30,427 bases of DNA from Xanthobacteraceae bacterium (GTDB lineage: Bacteria; Pseudomonadota; Alphaproteobacteria; Rhizobiales; Xanthobacteraceae): contig DASXIG010000179.1 of NCBI GenBank assembly GCA_036498105.1, positions 1 through 30,427 on the forward strand, read 5' to 3'. Below are positions 1 through 10,498 of this stretch, in pieces. Within the stretch, counting starts at the first letter, position 1. Each line of letters begins with the position of its first letter. Both the position numbers and the translations under genes were made by a program. The notes beneath the pieces were generated by a model. It ran no database searches, was not told the DNA's origin, and was given only the letters and a program-made list of their open reading frames with translations.

Positions 1-374
1 TCGCTGAATTCGCCCTTCAGCAGATGCGGAATGCCGCATGCAAATTCGACGACCTCAAGCCCGCGCTGGATGTCACCTTTGGAGTCGGCCATGGTCTTGC
101 CGTGCTCGGAAGAGAGGAGCTGGGCAAGGCTGTTTAACTCCTTCTGTGCGAGCTCGAGAAACTTGAAAAGAACGCGTGCGCGGCGCTGCGGGTTGGTTGC
201 GGCCCACGCGGGTTGAGCTGCTTCGGCGTTGGCGATGGCGCGTTCCACTTCCGATTTGCTCGCGAACGCGACTTTGGCCTGCACCTCACCCGTGTTCGGG
301 TTGAACACATCGCCGCTGCGGCCCGATGTTCCCGCCGCGACCTTGCCGTCGATGAAGTGGCCGATCTGGCGCAT
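1..374 (-). CDS. mmsA: CoA-acylating methylmalonate-semialdehyde dehydrogenase, 5' part only (runs off the left edge)
   Basis: Not in the ORF track. Manual minus-strand translation from ATG 374 gives MRQIGHFIDGKVAAGTSGRSGDVFNPNTGEVQAKV...SSEHGKTMADSKGDIQRGLEVVEFACGIPHLLKGEFS, typical of MmsA/IolA. GGAGG RBS upstream. Confidence 0.9.
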   Translation of the reverse strand, partial: MRQIGHFIDGKVAAGTSGRSGDVFNPNTGEVQAKVAFASKSEVERAIANAEAAQPAWAATNPQRRARVLFKFLELAQKELNSLAQLLSSEHGKTMADSKGDIQRGLEVVEFACGIPHLLKGEFS

Positions 375-391
375 GGTTTCCTCCCAGAGCT

Positions 392-420
392 GCGGCCTTG
401 CACGCGCATGCGAGGGCCGC
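392..420. other. GC-rich stem-loop between the LLM gene and mmsA
   Basis: GCGGCCTTGCA-cgcgca-TGCGAGGGCCGC forms about 11 bp with one bulge. No clean U-tract, so its function is unclear. Confidence 0.35.
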
Positions 421-464
421 TTCCGAGCTTTGAAATAGCGCAGCTCTCGACCTCGCGCAAAGCG

Positions 465-1562
465 CTAGCGGGCGCGCGCCAGGCGTTCAGGCGGAGCTGT
501 CCGCGTGGATTGCGCCGACACAAAATGCGGCATCACCTGCGCCGCAAACAGGCGCATGGACGCTTGCGCGTCGCGAATGTTCAACGTGCCGAAATTGATC
601 TGCAGCGACGCATGCTCGAAATTGCCAACGCTTGCGGTCACGCGTTCGATGATGGCCCTGATCTCGCTCGGCGTGCCGACCCATGCCCCACCAGATTCGA
701 TCTGGCCATCGAGCGTGAACGACGCAAGCTTGCGCATGGAGCTCTCGTAACCGCGATAGTCCTTGGAGCTGGTTCCCGCAATCCAGTCGCTCACCCCTTC
801 ATTGAGGGCACGAAAATATTCCTCGAAGGGCCCGCGCGCGATCTCGCGCGCGAGACGGGGGTCCTCGTGGCAGAACATATGGAATGCGATCACCACTTCA
901 CCATCGCCAGGATGGCCCGCGCTGCACCAGGCCTCGCGATAGGCCAATATGAGCGGCCCCAGCGGGCCGATCGGGATGGCCATCAGTGCGTACCCCATAG
1001 TGCCGGCAAATTCGAAGGACTCGGGGGTCTGCGTTGCGGCGATGTAGAATTTTGGTCGCGGCTTCTGGGTCGGCCGCGGCAAGGATGTCACGTTCTCGAA
1101 TGAGTGGAACTGGCCGCGATGGGTGGCGTTCTCCTGGGTCAGCAAAAGCTCGACCTGCTCGAGACCTTCACGAAAACGCGCGTGGGATTCATCGGGCGAA
1201 ATTCCAAATCGCCGGAACTCATGCGGCAGGAACGCGCGCGCAAATCCAACGTCGAGACGTCCGCCCGAGATGCCGTCCAGCATCGCGATCTCGCCCGCGA
1301 GCTTCAGCGGATGATTGAACACCGGTAGCACCGCGCCCGTAACGAGGCGCATGGTCGTGGTCCGCTGTGATACGGCAGCGAGAAAAAGGAGCGGGTTAGG
1401 GCTGTAGCCGCCATAGCGTTCGAAATAATGCTCGACCGTGCGCGCATGCGTGAAGCCCAGCTGTTCCGCTTCCTCAGCGACGGCGAGCGACTCGGCGAAA
1501 TAATCCCGTGCCCCTTTGTTGGTATGATCGACGGCCGGAAAAAACTGCACCCCGAATTCCAT
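465..1562 (-). CDS. LLM-class (luciferase-like) flavin-dependent monooxygenase
   Basis: MEFGVQFF...EHYFERYGGYSPNP, GRLDVGFARAF, C-terminal MRLFAAQVMPHF. Start moved from 1634 to ATG 1562 to match the family N-terminus and a GGAAGG RBS. Confidence 0.88.
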   Translation of the reverse strand: MEFGVQFFPAVDHTNKGARDYFAESLAVAEEAEQLGFTHARTVEHYFERYGGYSPNPLLFLAAVSQRTTTMRLVTGAVLPVFNHPLKLAGEIAMLDGISGGRLDVGFARAFLPHEFRRFGISPDESHARFREGLEQVELLLTQENATHRGQFHSFENVTSLPRPTQKPRPKFYIAATQTPESFEFAGTMGYALMAIPIGPLGPLILAYREAWCSAGHPGDGEVVIAFHMFCHEDPRLAREIARGPFEEYFRALNEGVSDWIAGTSSKDYRGYESSMRKLASFTLDGQIESGGAWVGTPSEIRAIIERVTASVGNFEHASLQINFGTLNIRDAQASMRLFAAQVMPHFVSAQSTRTAPPERLARAR

Positions 1563-1746
1563 CTCGCGCCGTCCTTCCCATTCCTCCCGATCAGAGCAGT
1601 GATTATGAAGAATGCCGGCACTATAGGCCCGCATGCCTCCGCGTCAATTGAGACGAACACCCTCGATCCAGGAACTTGTCCAGTCGAGGCATGTTGCTTG
1701 CCTGCATGCAGTGATATAACGCGCCTCCGCGCGATCCTTTGACATC

Positions 1747-3660
1747 ATGCAGACCACAACTGTTGCTCCTCATCCCGGCATGGCGGCCGCCAAAGGTCGT
1801 CCGCGCAGCAAATTCTGGGCGCTCTCCTTGGGAAGCATCGGTGTCGTCTACGGCGACATCGGAACAAGTCCGCTCTATGCATTTCGCGAAGCGGTCACTG
1901 CCGCAGCAGCGGGGGAGGCCTCCATGCCGCGCGAGGCGGTTTTCGGCGTGCTGTCACTTATTCTTTGGGCCCTGATCATCGTTGTTACGCTTAAATACGT
2001 GCTCATCCTTCTACGCGCCGATAACCGGGGTGAAGGCGGAACCCTGGCGCTGATGGCACTTGCACAGGGCGCGCTCAGCAGGCGCGCCGGTGTCATGGCG
2101 CTCTGCGGGATTGTGAGCGCGGCGCTTTTCTATGGCGACTCCATGATCACCCCGGCTCTGTCGGTGCTGTCGGCTGTCGAAGGCTTGAAGGTGGCGACAC
2201 CCGCGTTCGAGCCCTACATCGTCCCCCTCACCGTGGCGATACTGGTCGCTCTGTTTGCAGTGCAGTCCACCGGCACAGCCAGGGTCGCCGCGTTCTTCGG
2301 CCCGATCACTTCGGTCTGGTTCGTCAGCATTGCTATCCCCGGCATGCTGGCCGTGCTTGGAGATCCCGAGATCCTTCTCGCGTTCAATCCGGTCTATGGC
2401 GTGCGTTTCCTGGGCGGGCACGGAATCATCGGGCTTTTCACGCTCGGCGCGGTATTCCTGGCCGTGACCGGCGCGGAAGCGCTCTATGCCGACCTCGGTC
2501 ATTTCGGGCGCCGGCCAATCCAGACCGCCTGGATCGGACTCGTCCTTCCATCCCTTGCGCTGAATTACCTTGGCCAAGGCGCGTTGATGCTGGCAAATCC
2601 GAAGGCGATCGAGAACCCCTTCTTTCTTCTCTATCCCGACTGGGCGCTGCTGCCCATGGTCGTGCTTGCCACCGTGGCTACCGTGATTGCAAGTCAAGCC
2701 GTCATCAGCGGCGCCTACTCTATCACCCATCAGGCGATCCAACTCGGTCTGTTGCCGCGGCTCGAGATTCGCCACACCTCGGAAGCGCTGTACGGCCAGA
2801 TCTACATGCCGCGCATAAATTGGTTTCTGCTCGTCGGCGTCCTGTTGCTGGTGGCTCTGTTCCGGTCCTCCAGCGCGCTGGCGTCCGCTTACGGCATCGC
2901 GGTCACGGGTACCATGGTGGTGACCGGGGTGATGGCCCTGGTGGTGATCTGGAAGGTGTGGAATTGGTCATTGCTTGCTGCCGCTGCCCTGATGCTGCCG
3001 TTCCTGCTCATAGACCTCACTTTCCTTGGCGCAAATCTTCTCAAGGTCGTCGAAGGCGGTTGGGTCCCGCTCGCGTTCGGCGGGTTGGTGATGACGGTGA
3101 TGTATACTTGGCGGCGCGGTACTCGCCTTCTGTTCGAGAAGACGCGCAGGCAGGAGATTCCGCTCGCCGATCTCGTGCGCATGCTCGAAAAGAAGCCGCC
3201 CGTGCGCGTGCCAGGCACAGCCGTCTTTCTCACCAGCACGCCTGAAAGCGCGCCGACCGCGCTCATGCACAGTCTCAAGCACTACAAGGCCCTGCACGAG
3301 CACAATGTCATCCTGACCATCCACACAGAGCAGGCACCGAAGGTCGACGCGGCTGAACGAGTCGCCATCGAACGGGTCGGAGAGACCTTTACGCGGGTGC
3401 TGCTGCGCTTCGGGTTCATGGACAGGCCGAACGTCCCGAGGGCGCTCGCGATCGCACGCAAGCTCGGCTGGAGTTTCGACATCATGTCGACCTCGTTCTT
3501 CCTGTCCCGTCGCGCGCTCAAGCCGGCCGCGCGCTCCGGCATGCCGCGATGGCAGGACCACCTTTTCATCATGCTGGCACGCATGGCCAATGATGCAACC
3601 GACTATTTCCAAATTCCGACCGAACGGGTAGTCGAGGTGGGAACTCAGGTCACAATCTGA
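1747..3660 (+). CDS. kup: KUP/HAK/KT potassium uptake transporter
   Basis: [42 protein letters not shown]; many TM segments; cytoplasmic C-terminus ending VEVGTQVTI. Confidence 0.97.
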   Translation: MQTTTVAPHPGMAAAKGRPRSKFWALSLGSIGVVYGDIGTSPLYAFREAVTAAAAGEASMPREAVFGVLSLILWALIIVVTLKYVLILLRADNRGEGGTLALMALAQGALSRRAGVMALCGIVSAALFYGDSMITPALSVLSAVEGLKVATPAFEPYIVPLTVAILVALFAVQSTGTARVAAFFGPITSVWFVSIAIPGMLAVLGDPEILLAFNPVYGVRFLGGHGIIGLFTLGAVFLAVTGAEALYADLGHFGRRPIQTAWIGLVLPSLALNYLGQGALMLANPKAIENPFFLLYPDWALLPMVVLATVATVIASQAVISGAYSITHQAIQLGLLPRLEIRHTSEALYGQIYMPRINWFLLVGVLLLVALFRSSSALASAYGIAVTGTMVVTGVMALVVIWKVWNWSLLAAAALMLPFLLIDLTFLGANLLKVVEGGWVPLAFGGLVMTVMYTWRRGTRLLFEKTRRQEIPLADLVRMLEKKPPVRVPGTAVFLTSTPESAPTALMHSLKHYKALHEHNVILTIHTEQAPKVDAAERVAIERVGETFTRVLLRFGFMDRPNVPRALAIARKLGWSFDIMSTSFFLSRRALKPAARSGMPRWQDHLFIMLARMANDATDYFQIPTERVVEVGTQVTI

Positions 3661-3735
3661 AAGCATATTGCTGCTGCGAGCACGCAACCATGTTGATGCG
3701 TTCTTGAGCGGATCCGTCAAAAGGGAGCACACGAA

Positions 3736-4071
3736 ATGCCGGCACAGCTTGGTAGAGAAAACGTTCGCGACCTGGAGCCGCAAGAAGTCGCCCGCGGTCT
3801 TGCCGAAGGCAAGATGCTGCTCATCGACGTCCGCGAGCCCAACGAAACCGAAGTCGAGCGGTATCCGGAAGCCTTCTATCTGCCGATGTCCGAATTCGAT
3901 CCGGCTGCAATTCCAGATCCGGAAGGTCGCCAGGTCGTCTTCGCCTGCCGGTCCGGCAATCGATCGGTCACGGCCTCCCTGATGGCCCAAACCGCCGGAC
4001 TGCCATACGATGCACATCTCGCGGGCGGCATAAAGGCCTGGAAGGAGGTCGGCTTGCCGACGGAAACCTGA
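3736..4071 (+). CDS. Single-domain rhodanese/sulfurtransferase
   Basis: LIDVREPNE, active-site loop CRSGNRS, LAGGIKAW; GGGAG RBS. Confidence 0.9.
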   Translation: MPAQLGRENVRDLEPQEVARGLAEGKMLLIDVREPNETEVERYPEAFYLPMSEFDPAAIPDPEGRQVVFACRSGNRSVTASLMAQTAGLPYDAHLAGGIKAWKEVGLPTET

Positions 4072-4082
4072 TTGCACGTGAG

Positions 4083-5216
4083 ATGATGCTCCTGATGAAC
4101 CGGCACGGTCCTTCTGAGCACAGGCCGGCGCTTGCTCTGGCGCTCTTGGCGGCGATGACCGTCCTCCATCCTGCTGCCCTTTCCGCGGCAGATCACGTTG
4201 TCAACGTCTACAACTGGTCCGACTATATTGCGCCGCGAGTCATTGAAGATTTCAGTAAAGAGACCGGGATCAAGGTGCGTTACGACACCTTCGATTCCAA
4301 CGACACCCTGGAGACCAAGCTTCTGGCCGGCCGGTCCGGTTACGATGTGGTCGTACCCACGGGATATTTCCTCGAACGGCAGATCAAGGTCGGCATTTTT
4401 CAGAAGCTTGACAAGCAGAAGTTGCCGAACTTGGCGAACATCTGGCCGGCAATAGCCGAGCGCCTGGCAAAATACGATGCCGGCAACGCGTACGCCGTCA
4501 ACTATATGTGGGGAACGACTGGGATCGGGTTCAACTCCGCCAAGGTGAAACAGGCGACAGGAGCGGCGAGCGGAATAGACAGCTGGGCGACCGTATTCAA
4601 GCCCGAGAGCCTCGCGCGGTTCAAGGCTTGCGGCGTGCACATGCTGGACGCGTCCGACGATATCTTTCCGGCAGCGCTGCATTATCTCGGGCTTGATCCC
4701 AATTCCACCAACGATTCCGATCTGCAAAAAAGCGCCGATCTCATCATGAGCATACGGCCGTTCGTGCGGAAGTTTCACTCCTCCGAATATATCAACGCCC
4801 TTGCGTCGGGAGAGATCTGCCTGGCGGTCGGATTCTCCGGCGATATCAAACAGGCGCAGAAGCGCGCCGCCGAGGCGAAAAATGGGGTGGAAATCGGTTA
4901 CGCGATCCCCAAGGAGGGGGCGCAACTATGGTTCGACAACCTTGCCGTCCCCCGCGATGCAAAAAACGTGGAAGAAGCGTACGCATTCATCAATTACTTA
5001 CAGAAGGCGGAGGTCGCGGCCACGAATTCCAATTTTGTGTCCTATGCCAACGGCAACCTTGCCAGCCAGAAATTCATCGACAAGTCCATCATGGAGGACA
5101 AAACCATTTATCCCGACGACGCCATGATGAGCCGGCTTTATGTCATTAATGCCCACGATCCGAAGACCGAACGGCTCATGAATCGGCTCTGGATTCGGAT
5201 CAAGACCGGCACTTAG
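4083..5216 (+). CDS. potF: Polyamine (putrescine) ABC transporter substrate-binding protein
   Basis: Signal peptide, VYNWSDYI, YDTFDSN, YMWGTTGIG, IPKEGAQLWFD. Exact start among nearby ATGs is uncertain. Confidence 0.9.
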   Translation: MMLLMNRHGPSEHRPALALALLAAMTVLHPAALSAADHVVNVYNWSDYIAPRVIEDFSKETGIKVRYDTFDSNDTLETKLLAGRSGYDVVVPTGYFLERQIKVGIFQKLDKQKLPNLANIWPAIAERLAKYDAGNAYAVNYMWGTTGIGFNSAKVKQATGAASGIDSWATVFKPESLARFKACGVHMLDASDDIFPAALHYLGLDPNSTNDSDLQKSADLIMSIRPFVRKFHSSEYINALASGEICLAVGFSGDIKQAQKRAAEAKNGVEIGYAIPKEGAQLWFDNLAVPRDAKNVEEAYAFINYLQKAEVAATNSNFVSYANGNLASQKFIDKSIMEDKTIYPDDAMMSRLYVINAHDPKTERLMNRLWIRIKTGT

Positions 5217-5220
5217 GACT

Positions 5221-6141
5221 CTACCGCCAGCGGCGGTGCACCCATAGCCATTGCTCCGGATGCTCGCGCACCCAGCCCTCGATCACCGCGGTGATCGCCT
5301 GCATGGTGCCTTGCACGTCGATCCTGCCTTCCGCGTCCCGCCGCGGCTCCACGCGTTCCGAAAGCTCGGCACGAAAGCGCTGGCGATCGGGCAGACGCAC
5401 GACACGGGTGCCATAGATCGGGCACTCCAAATGCCGGGCAAGACGGGCAATGAACGGGTTGGCCTTGCACGGGCGGCCGAAGAAGGTCACGTCCACGCCG
5501 TTGACGTAGTATTGATCGACGAGCATGGCGACGCGCCCGCCACTCTCCAGAATACGGGCGAGCTTGAAGGGCGCGTCAAGAGAGGTGGGCACGAGCGTCC
5601 CCATGCTGCCTCTGCGGATCCTGATGACGGCATCGCTCACCGCGCCGATGTTGGGCCGGCGATATAGGACGGTGGCATCGAGCGCAAACCTGGTCGCAAT
5701 GAGGGCCGGCAGCTCCCAGTTCGCGAGATGCGCGGCAAAGATCAAGGCCGGCTTGCCTCGCAAGCGCTCGAAGCCTTCCGCAGTATCGAGCGTGTAGGCA
5801 ATGTCGCCGGCCTCATGCCGCGGCGGCGGGAAGATTTGCAGGCGGTCGATGTGGGCGAATTCAGCCGCAACCCGCCCGAGATTGTCCCAGACGCCGCGCA
5901 GTATGTTCTCGATCTCGCCTGCCGACTTCTCCGGAAAGGCCGCGGCGAGGTTGGCGCGGCCAATGCGGTGCTCCTTGAGCCGCGGACCGGCGCTGCGCAT
6001 GAAGGCCGCGGCAAAATCGGACATCGCTTTCCGATCGATCGCACGGATCGCGCGCAGCGTTCCGACCGCGAGCCATCCGGCGAGCGTGTCGATGGCGGCC
6101 TTGAGTTCCCGCCCGGCGGGAAGGGCGTTAACGGAGATCAT
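5221..6141 (-). CDS. lpxXL: Lipid A very-long-chain fatty acyltransferase (LpxL/HtrB family)
   Basis: AHLANWE motif, MLVDQ, PEQWLWVHRRW; last gene of the acpXL cluster. Confidence 0.9.
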   Translation of the reverse strand: MISVNALPAGRELKAAIDTLAGWLAVGTLRAIRAIDRKAMSDFAAAFMRSAGPRLKEHRIGRANLAAAFPEKSAGEIENILRGVWDNLGRVAAEFAHIDRLQIFPPPRHEAGDIAYTLDTAEGFERLRGKPALIFAAHLANWELPALIATRFALDATVLYRRPNIGAVSDAVIRIRRGSMGTLVPTSLDAPFKLARILESGGRVAMLVDQYYVNGVDVTFFGRPCKANPFIARLARHLECPIYGTRVVRLPDRQRFRAELSERVEPRRDAEGRIDVQGTMQAITAVIEGWVREHPEQWLWVHRRWR

Positions 6142-6156
6142 GCGGGTTGCCGGTAA

Positions 6157-7179
6157 TCAAAAGCCGACGATGATCTTCCCGAACACCTGCCGGCTCTCCA
6201 GCCGCGCGAGCCCGCGGTCGAATTCGGCAAGCGGCACCACCGTGTCGATCACCGGCAACAGCCCGCTCGCCATCTTGGCCAGGCTCTCGCGGATGTTGCG
6301 CAACGAGGCGCCGAACGAGCCGATGATGCGATACTGCTGCCGAAACAGCTGCATCAGATTAATGGTGGCCAATGGGCCGGAGGTTGAGCCGCAGGTGACC
6401 AAGCGGCCGCCGCGCTTGAGGCAGAACAGCGAGCCGTTGAAGGTTTCTGCTCCCACATGCTCGAACACGACATCTACGCCTTTCTTTGCCGTGATCTTGC
6501 GAACGACGCCTTCGAAGCGTTGGGTGCGATAATTGATGACGTGGTCGGCACCGAGCGCCTTGGCCTTTGCAACCTTCGCATCGTCGCCGACCGTGGTAAT
6601 GACTCTGCATCCGGTCGCTTTCGCCATGAGAATGGCGGCGGTTCCGATGCCGGAGCCGCCGGCATGTACGAGCACGCTCTCGCCCGGCTCGAGCTTGGCG
6701 TTGTCGAAGAGCATGTGCTGCACCGTGGCAAAGGCGATGGGCGCGCAAGCAGCATCGCGCATGGAAACTCCCTCGGGGACAGGAAGAACCAGACGCGCAG
6801 GCATGTTCACGAGATCGCGCGCAAAACCATCGATATGAAATCCCATGATCCCGCCGACATTTTCGCAAAGATTATCGCGACCTTCCTTGCACGCCTTGCA
6901 GCTACCGCAGGTCAAGGCGCCGTACATGACAACGGGATCTCCCGGCTTGAACGTGCCGTCCGCCGATCCAACCGCAGCGATCTCGCCAGCGGCTTCCACG
7001 CCCACCACCACCGGCATCTTGCGCTTGGCGAAGGCCATGCCGCGATAGCCCCATAGATCGAGGTGATTGAGACCCACCGCTTTGACCGTGATCTGCACTT
7101 CCCCAGCTGCAGGCGGCGGCGGAGCCGGCTGGTCGGTCAGCTCGAGCTTGCGATCGGCCACCAGTGCAAGCGCCCGCAT
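6157..7179 (-). CDS. adhA2XL: MDR-superfamily zinc-binding oxidoreductase of the VLCFA cluster
   Basis: CGSCKAC...C structural Zn motif, HAGGSGIG nucleotide-binding motif; sits between fabF1XL and lpxXL as in rhizobial clusters. Confidence 0.85.
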   Translation of the reverse strand: MRALALVADRKLELTDQPAPPPPAAGEVQITVKAVGLNHLDLWGYRGMAFAKRKMPVVVGVEAAGEIAAVGSADGTFKPGDPVVMYGALTCGSCKACKEGRDNLCENVGGIMGFHIDGFARDLVNMPARLVLPVPEGVSMRDAACAPIAFATVQHMLFDNAKLEPGESVLVHAGGSGIGTAAILMAKATGCRVITTVGDDAKVAKAKALGADHVINYRTQRFEGVVRKITAKKGVDVVFEHVGAETFNGSLFCLKRGGRLVTCGSTSGPLATINLMQLFRQQYRIIGSFGASLRNIRESLAKMASGLLPVIDTVVPLAEFDRGLARLESRQVFGKIIVGF

Positions 7180-7182
7180 GGG

Positions 7183-8463
7183 TCAGGCAGGCTCACCGCT
7201 GATCACGAGCGAGACGTTCTGGCCCCCGAATCCGAAGGAGTTGGAAAGGGCGTGCCTGACTTTGGCATCGCGCGCCACTTTGGGAACAACGTCGAGCGGA
7301 ATTGCCGGGTCAGGCAGGTTGTAATTTATCGTTGGCGGCAGCCGCTGATGCTGCAATGTCAAAAGCGTGAATACCGCTTCGACCGCTCCCGCCGCTGACA
7401 ACGTGTGTCCGATCATGGATTTGTTTGACGAGACCGGGATGGATTTCGCGCGTTCGCCGAATACCGACGACATACCGATATATTCCATCTTGTCGTTCTC
7501 GGGCGTCCCTGTTCCGTGCGGATTGACGTACTCGATGTCGTCAGGCGTGAGCCCGGCATCCGTTATCGCATTACGGATGCAGCCGATAATCGCCTTGCCA
7601 TCGGGGCTCGATCGCGTGCGATGAAACGAGTCCGCCATCTCGCCGCACCCGGCGAGTGCGCCCAAAATCCTTGCCCCGCGCGCCTTCGCCGATTCATACG
7701 TCTCGATAACGAGGGCAGCGGCACCCTCCGCCATGACGAAGCCATCGCGATTTTTTGAGAACGGCTTTGCCGCTGCCTCCGGCGGATCGTTGGCCGTCGA
7801 GAGCGCCGAGAGGAGCGAAAAGCGGATCAGGCATTCCGGGTTCACCGAACCGTCGGTGCCGATGCACAGCGCCGCTTCGGCCTCTCCGCGCCGGAGCGCC
7901 TCGACCCCGAGCTGGATCGCGCTTGCGCCGGAGGCGCAGGCCGTCGATACCGAAATCGGTGAACCTTTGGTGCCGAAGCGATCGGCCAGGTGCTCGGCGA
8001 CCGAGCCGAGCAGGCAACGCTCGTGAATGGCGTGAAAACGCCCCGACGCGCTTGCACGCAGGAGATCCGGGTATCCTATGGTATCGTTCGCCCCTGATGC
8101 GGCGGCCAATGTATCGCGATGGGGCCATTCCATCTCGACCGGCGCAACCGCAAGAAACAAGGGGCCTGGAAAATCGCCCTTCGCGCCGATGCCGGCCTCG
8201 CTGATCGCCTCTTGCGCGGCGAGAGCCGCCATGCGCTCGCCCAGCTCGGTGGAGCAGAAGGGCTCCACCGGCAGGAAGTCGACCGTGCCTGCAATGGTGG
8301 TCTTGAGCGCTTCGTTTGCAAACCGGGTGATCCGATGAATGCCTGATTGGCCGGCGACCAATCTGGTCCAATTGTCCACCTTGCCTGTCCCCAGCGATGT
8401 GATCACGCCCATGCCGGTGACGACTACGGTGGGACGCCGGTTGCTGCTGCGTGCGGAGGCCAT
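7183..8463 (-). CDS. fabF1XL: Beta-ketoacyl-ACP synthase (catalytically intact)
   Basis: STACASG (Cys), NPHGTGT (His), KSMIGHT (His), SNSFGFGGQN. Confidence 0.92.
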   Translation of the reverse strand: MASARSSNRRPTVVVTGMGVITSLGTGKVDNWTRLVAGQSGIHRITRFANEALKTTIAGTVDFLPVEPFCSTELGERMAALAAQEAISEAGIGAKGDFPGPLFLAVAPVEMEWPHRDTLAAASGANDTIGYPDLLRASASGRFHAIHERCLLGSVAEHLADRFGTKGSPISVSTACASGASAIQLGVEALRRGEAEAALCIGTDGSVNPECLIRFSLLSALSTANDPPEAAAKPFSKNRDGFVMAEGAAALVIETYESAKARGARILGALAGCGEMADSFHRTRSSPDGKAIIGCIRNAITDAGLTPDDIEYVNPHGTGTPENDKMEYIGMSSVFGERAKSIPVSSNKSMIGHTLSAAGAVEAVFTLLTLQHQRLPPTINYNLPDPAIPLDVVPKVARDAKVRHALSNSFGFGGQNVSLVISGEPA

Positions 8464-8477
8464 GCTCGTCTTATCCT

Positions 8478-9671
8478 TCAGCTGGCCGCATCGAGCAATG
8501 CCATGCCCTCGCCCCGCCAGTGGCCGATCGAGGTCACGGCGATCTGGTCGACGGCACCGCCGTACGGCTGTTCCACTCCTGATGAATCCAAGGGCGGGAA
8601 CAGCTTGTGGTGACGAAGCATAATGGCGGCGATCGCAATATTCATAGCGAATTGAGGCTCAAAACCATGCCCGATATAGCTGCCGGTCGCCCGCACCGGC
8701 AAGCTTGGAAGGCTCTTGAGCCAGGCGCGCTCCTCCCGCGTTCCTGGCTCCGTGCCGGTTGCGCCCGATATGACTGCCACCGGGGCGGTACTGCGCAGCG
8801 CGGCGAGTTGCTGCCACATGCGCGCGAGCGCCTCAGTCACGGACGACGGCGGTCGGCGCGATCGTTCGGACAGAACCGCAAGCAGCCGCGCCACCGGTCG
8901 TGCGCCGCGCGCTTGCGCGTGGGCGCGCTCTTCCAGCACCAGGAAGGCCCCGATCGAGCCGAGTACCATGCCAGGCGAGTCGGTGCGCTCCCACACCGGC
9001 TCGAACGTGCCGCGCCGCAAATATCCGCCGGCATCGTAGAGCAACAGCAAGTCCTCGCGCTCGCCGTTGTATGAGCCGCCTACAAGCGCTAGCTCGCTTT
9101 GTCCGGCGCGGATCCGCGCCGTTGCAACGCGAACCGCGTCGACGCCCGCTCCTTCCTCGCCCATGAAACTGCGGGAGGAACCGGTGACGCCGTGCACAAT
9201 GGAGATGTTGCCGGCGAGCAGATTGGAAAGCTGCGCCAGGAAAAGCGTCGGCCGCAGATCGCTCATGAGCCTTTCATTGAGAAATGCACCCGGGTTTGCC
9301 GCCTTCGATTTGTTGGTCAGAACCGAGCCGTCGACTGCGACGTCGCGTTCCCCGCCGGCGGCGGCAACGATCATATCCATGCGCGCAAGCAACTCGGCAT
9401 TGCCCTTGACGCCAGCATCCTCGAGCGCAAGGCCGGCCGCATAAGTGCCGATCCGCTGCCAAGCTTCCATCTGGCGCTGGTCGCCCTTCTTCGGGATCTG
9501 GCGATCGAGTACGAGTGGCGCCAGGGGATGAACCAGATAAGGCGCAAATGTCTCGGCATCGACCTTGATGCGCCGCTCTGCGAATCCCTGCCGGTGCGCT
9601 TCGGGTCCTTCACCCAAGCACGACACAATCCCGATGCCGGTGATCCAGACTTCCCTCGGCAAATCAGCCAT
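8478..9671 (-). CDS. fabF2XL: Beta-ketoacyl-ACP synthase-like protein with degenerate active site
   Basis: KAS fold N-terminus MADLPREVWITGIGIVS, FLAQLSNLLAG; cluster position. Start moved from 9755 to ATG 9671, which overlaps the fabZXL stop by 8 nt. Confidence 0.88.
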   Translation of the reverse strand: MADLPREVWITGIGIVSCLGEGPEAHRQGFAERRIKVDAETFAPYLVHPLAPLVLDRQIPKKGDQRQMEAWQRIGTYAAGLALEDAGVKGNAELLARMDMIVAAAGGERDVAVDGSVLTNKSKAANPGAFLNERLMSDLRPTLFLAQLSNLLAGNISIVHGVTGSSRSFMGEEGAGVDAVRVATARIRAGQSELALVGGSYNGEREDLLLLYDAGGYLRRGTFEPVWERTDSPGMVLGSIGAFLVLEERAHAQARGARPVARLLAVLSERSRRPPSSVTEALARMWQQLAALRSTAPVAVISGATGTEPGTREERAWLKSLPSLPVRATGSYIGHGFEPQFAMNIAIAAIMLRHHKLFPPLDSSGVEQPYGGAVDQIAVTSIGHWRGEGMALLDAAS

Positions 9672-10137
9672 TGGCGAGCGCCCCAACCGGGAACTCCAGG
9701 ATGGTGGCCATCTTTTCCATGTTGGTGCGAAATTCGGGGTTCGGGAATTCCACAAGCCGAAACGTTATTTCGGCGTTGCAGGCGAGCTTGCCGTCGCAGC
9801 GGATCTCCGCCTTGGTGATGGCGAAGCCCGAGCCTTCATGCAGGAGCTTGGCCGAGAGATCAAGTTCCTGCCCCGGCTTCACGAAGGAGCGCAACTTTGC
9901 TTCGCGCACGGCTGCGAAGAACGGCATGCGCGTGAAGCGCGTGATTGCGATCAGCAGCCAGCCCGAGGTCTGCGCCATGGCCTCGATGAGCAACACGCCC
10001 GGCATCAAGGGAAATCCGGGAAAGTGCCCCTCGAAGATAGTGGAGGCGAGCGGCACCCGCGCCTGGGTTCGTATGATCTGGTCCGAAAGCTTGAGCTCGA
10101 CAATGCGGTCGATCAGCTGAAAGTATTCGAGGCGCAT
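9664..10137 (-). CDS. fabZXL: 3-hydroxyacyl-ACP dehydratase (FabZ family)
   Basis: FQLIDRI, FEGHFPGFPLMPGVLLIEAMAQ hot-dog fold motif. Confidence 0.92.
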   Translation of the reverse strand: MRLEYFQLIDRIVELKLSDQIIRTQARVPLASTIFEGHFPGFPLMPGVLLIEAMAQTSGWLLIAITRFTRMPFFAAVREAKLRSFVKPGQELDLSAKLLHEGSGFAITKAEIRCDGKLACNAEITFRLVEFPNPEFRTNMEKMATILEFPVGALANG

Positions 10138-10146
10138 GTCAGGGCG

Positions 10147-10428
10147 TCAGGCGCCCCGGGCAGCAACAAGCTCGTCGATGCGGGTGCAGAGATTATCCAG
10201 CTGAAAGTACTGCTCCGGCGTGGCCTTGCCCTCGTTGACTTCCTGCGTCCATTGCTCGAGCGGCATCTTGATCCCGAATGCCTTGTCGATCGCAAACGCT
10301 ATGTCGAGGAAATCCAGGCTGTCGATGCCGAGATCGTTGATCGCATGACTCTCCGGCTTGACGGTGTCTCGCGGAATGTCGCACGTCTCGGAGATGATGT
10401 TGGCTACCGTGTCGAAGGTCGAAGACAT
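10147..10428 (-). CDS. acpXL: Specialised acyl carrier protein AcpXL (93 aa)
   Basis: [20 protein letters not shown]...[23 protein letters not shown] with the phosphopantetheine Ser. Start moved to ATG 10428. Confidence 0.95.
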   Translation of the reverse strand: MSSTFDTVANIISETCDIPRDTVKPESHAINDLGIDSLDFLDIAFAIDKAFGIKMPLEQWTQEVNEGKATPEQYFQLDNLCTRIDELVAARGA

Positions 10429-10498
10429 CGTGAATCCCAGATCGGCCATGCACTCGTGCGACGCAGCTTGGCTGGCTAGTCGGGCGGGGTGTTCCCCG

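Noticed and set aside
7183-10428. Novel type II PKS or secondary-metabolite cluster
   Set aside because: Gene content and order match the established acpXL lipid A VLCFA operon.
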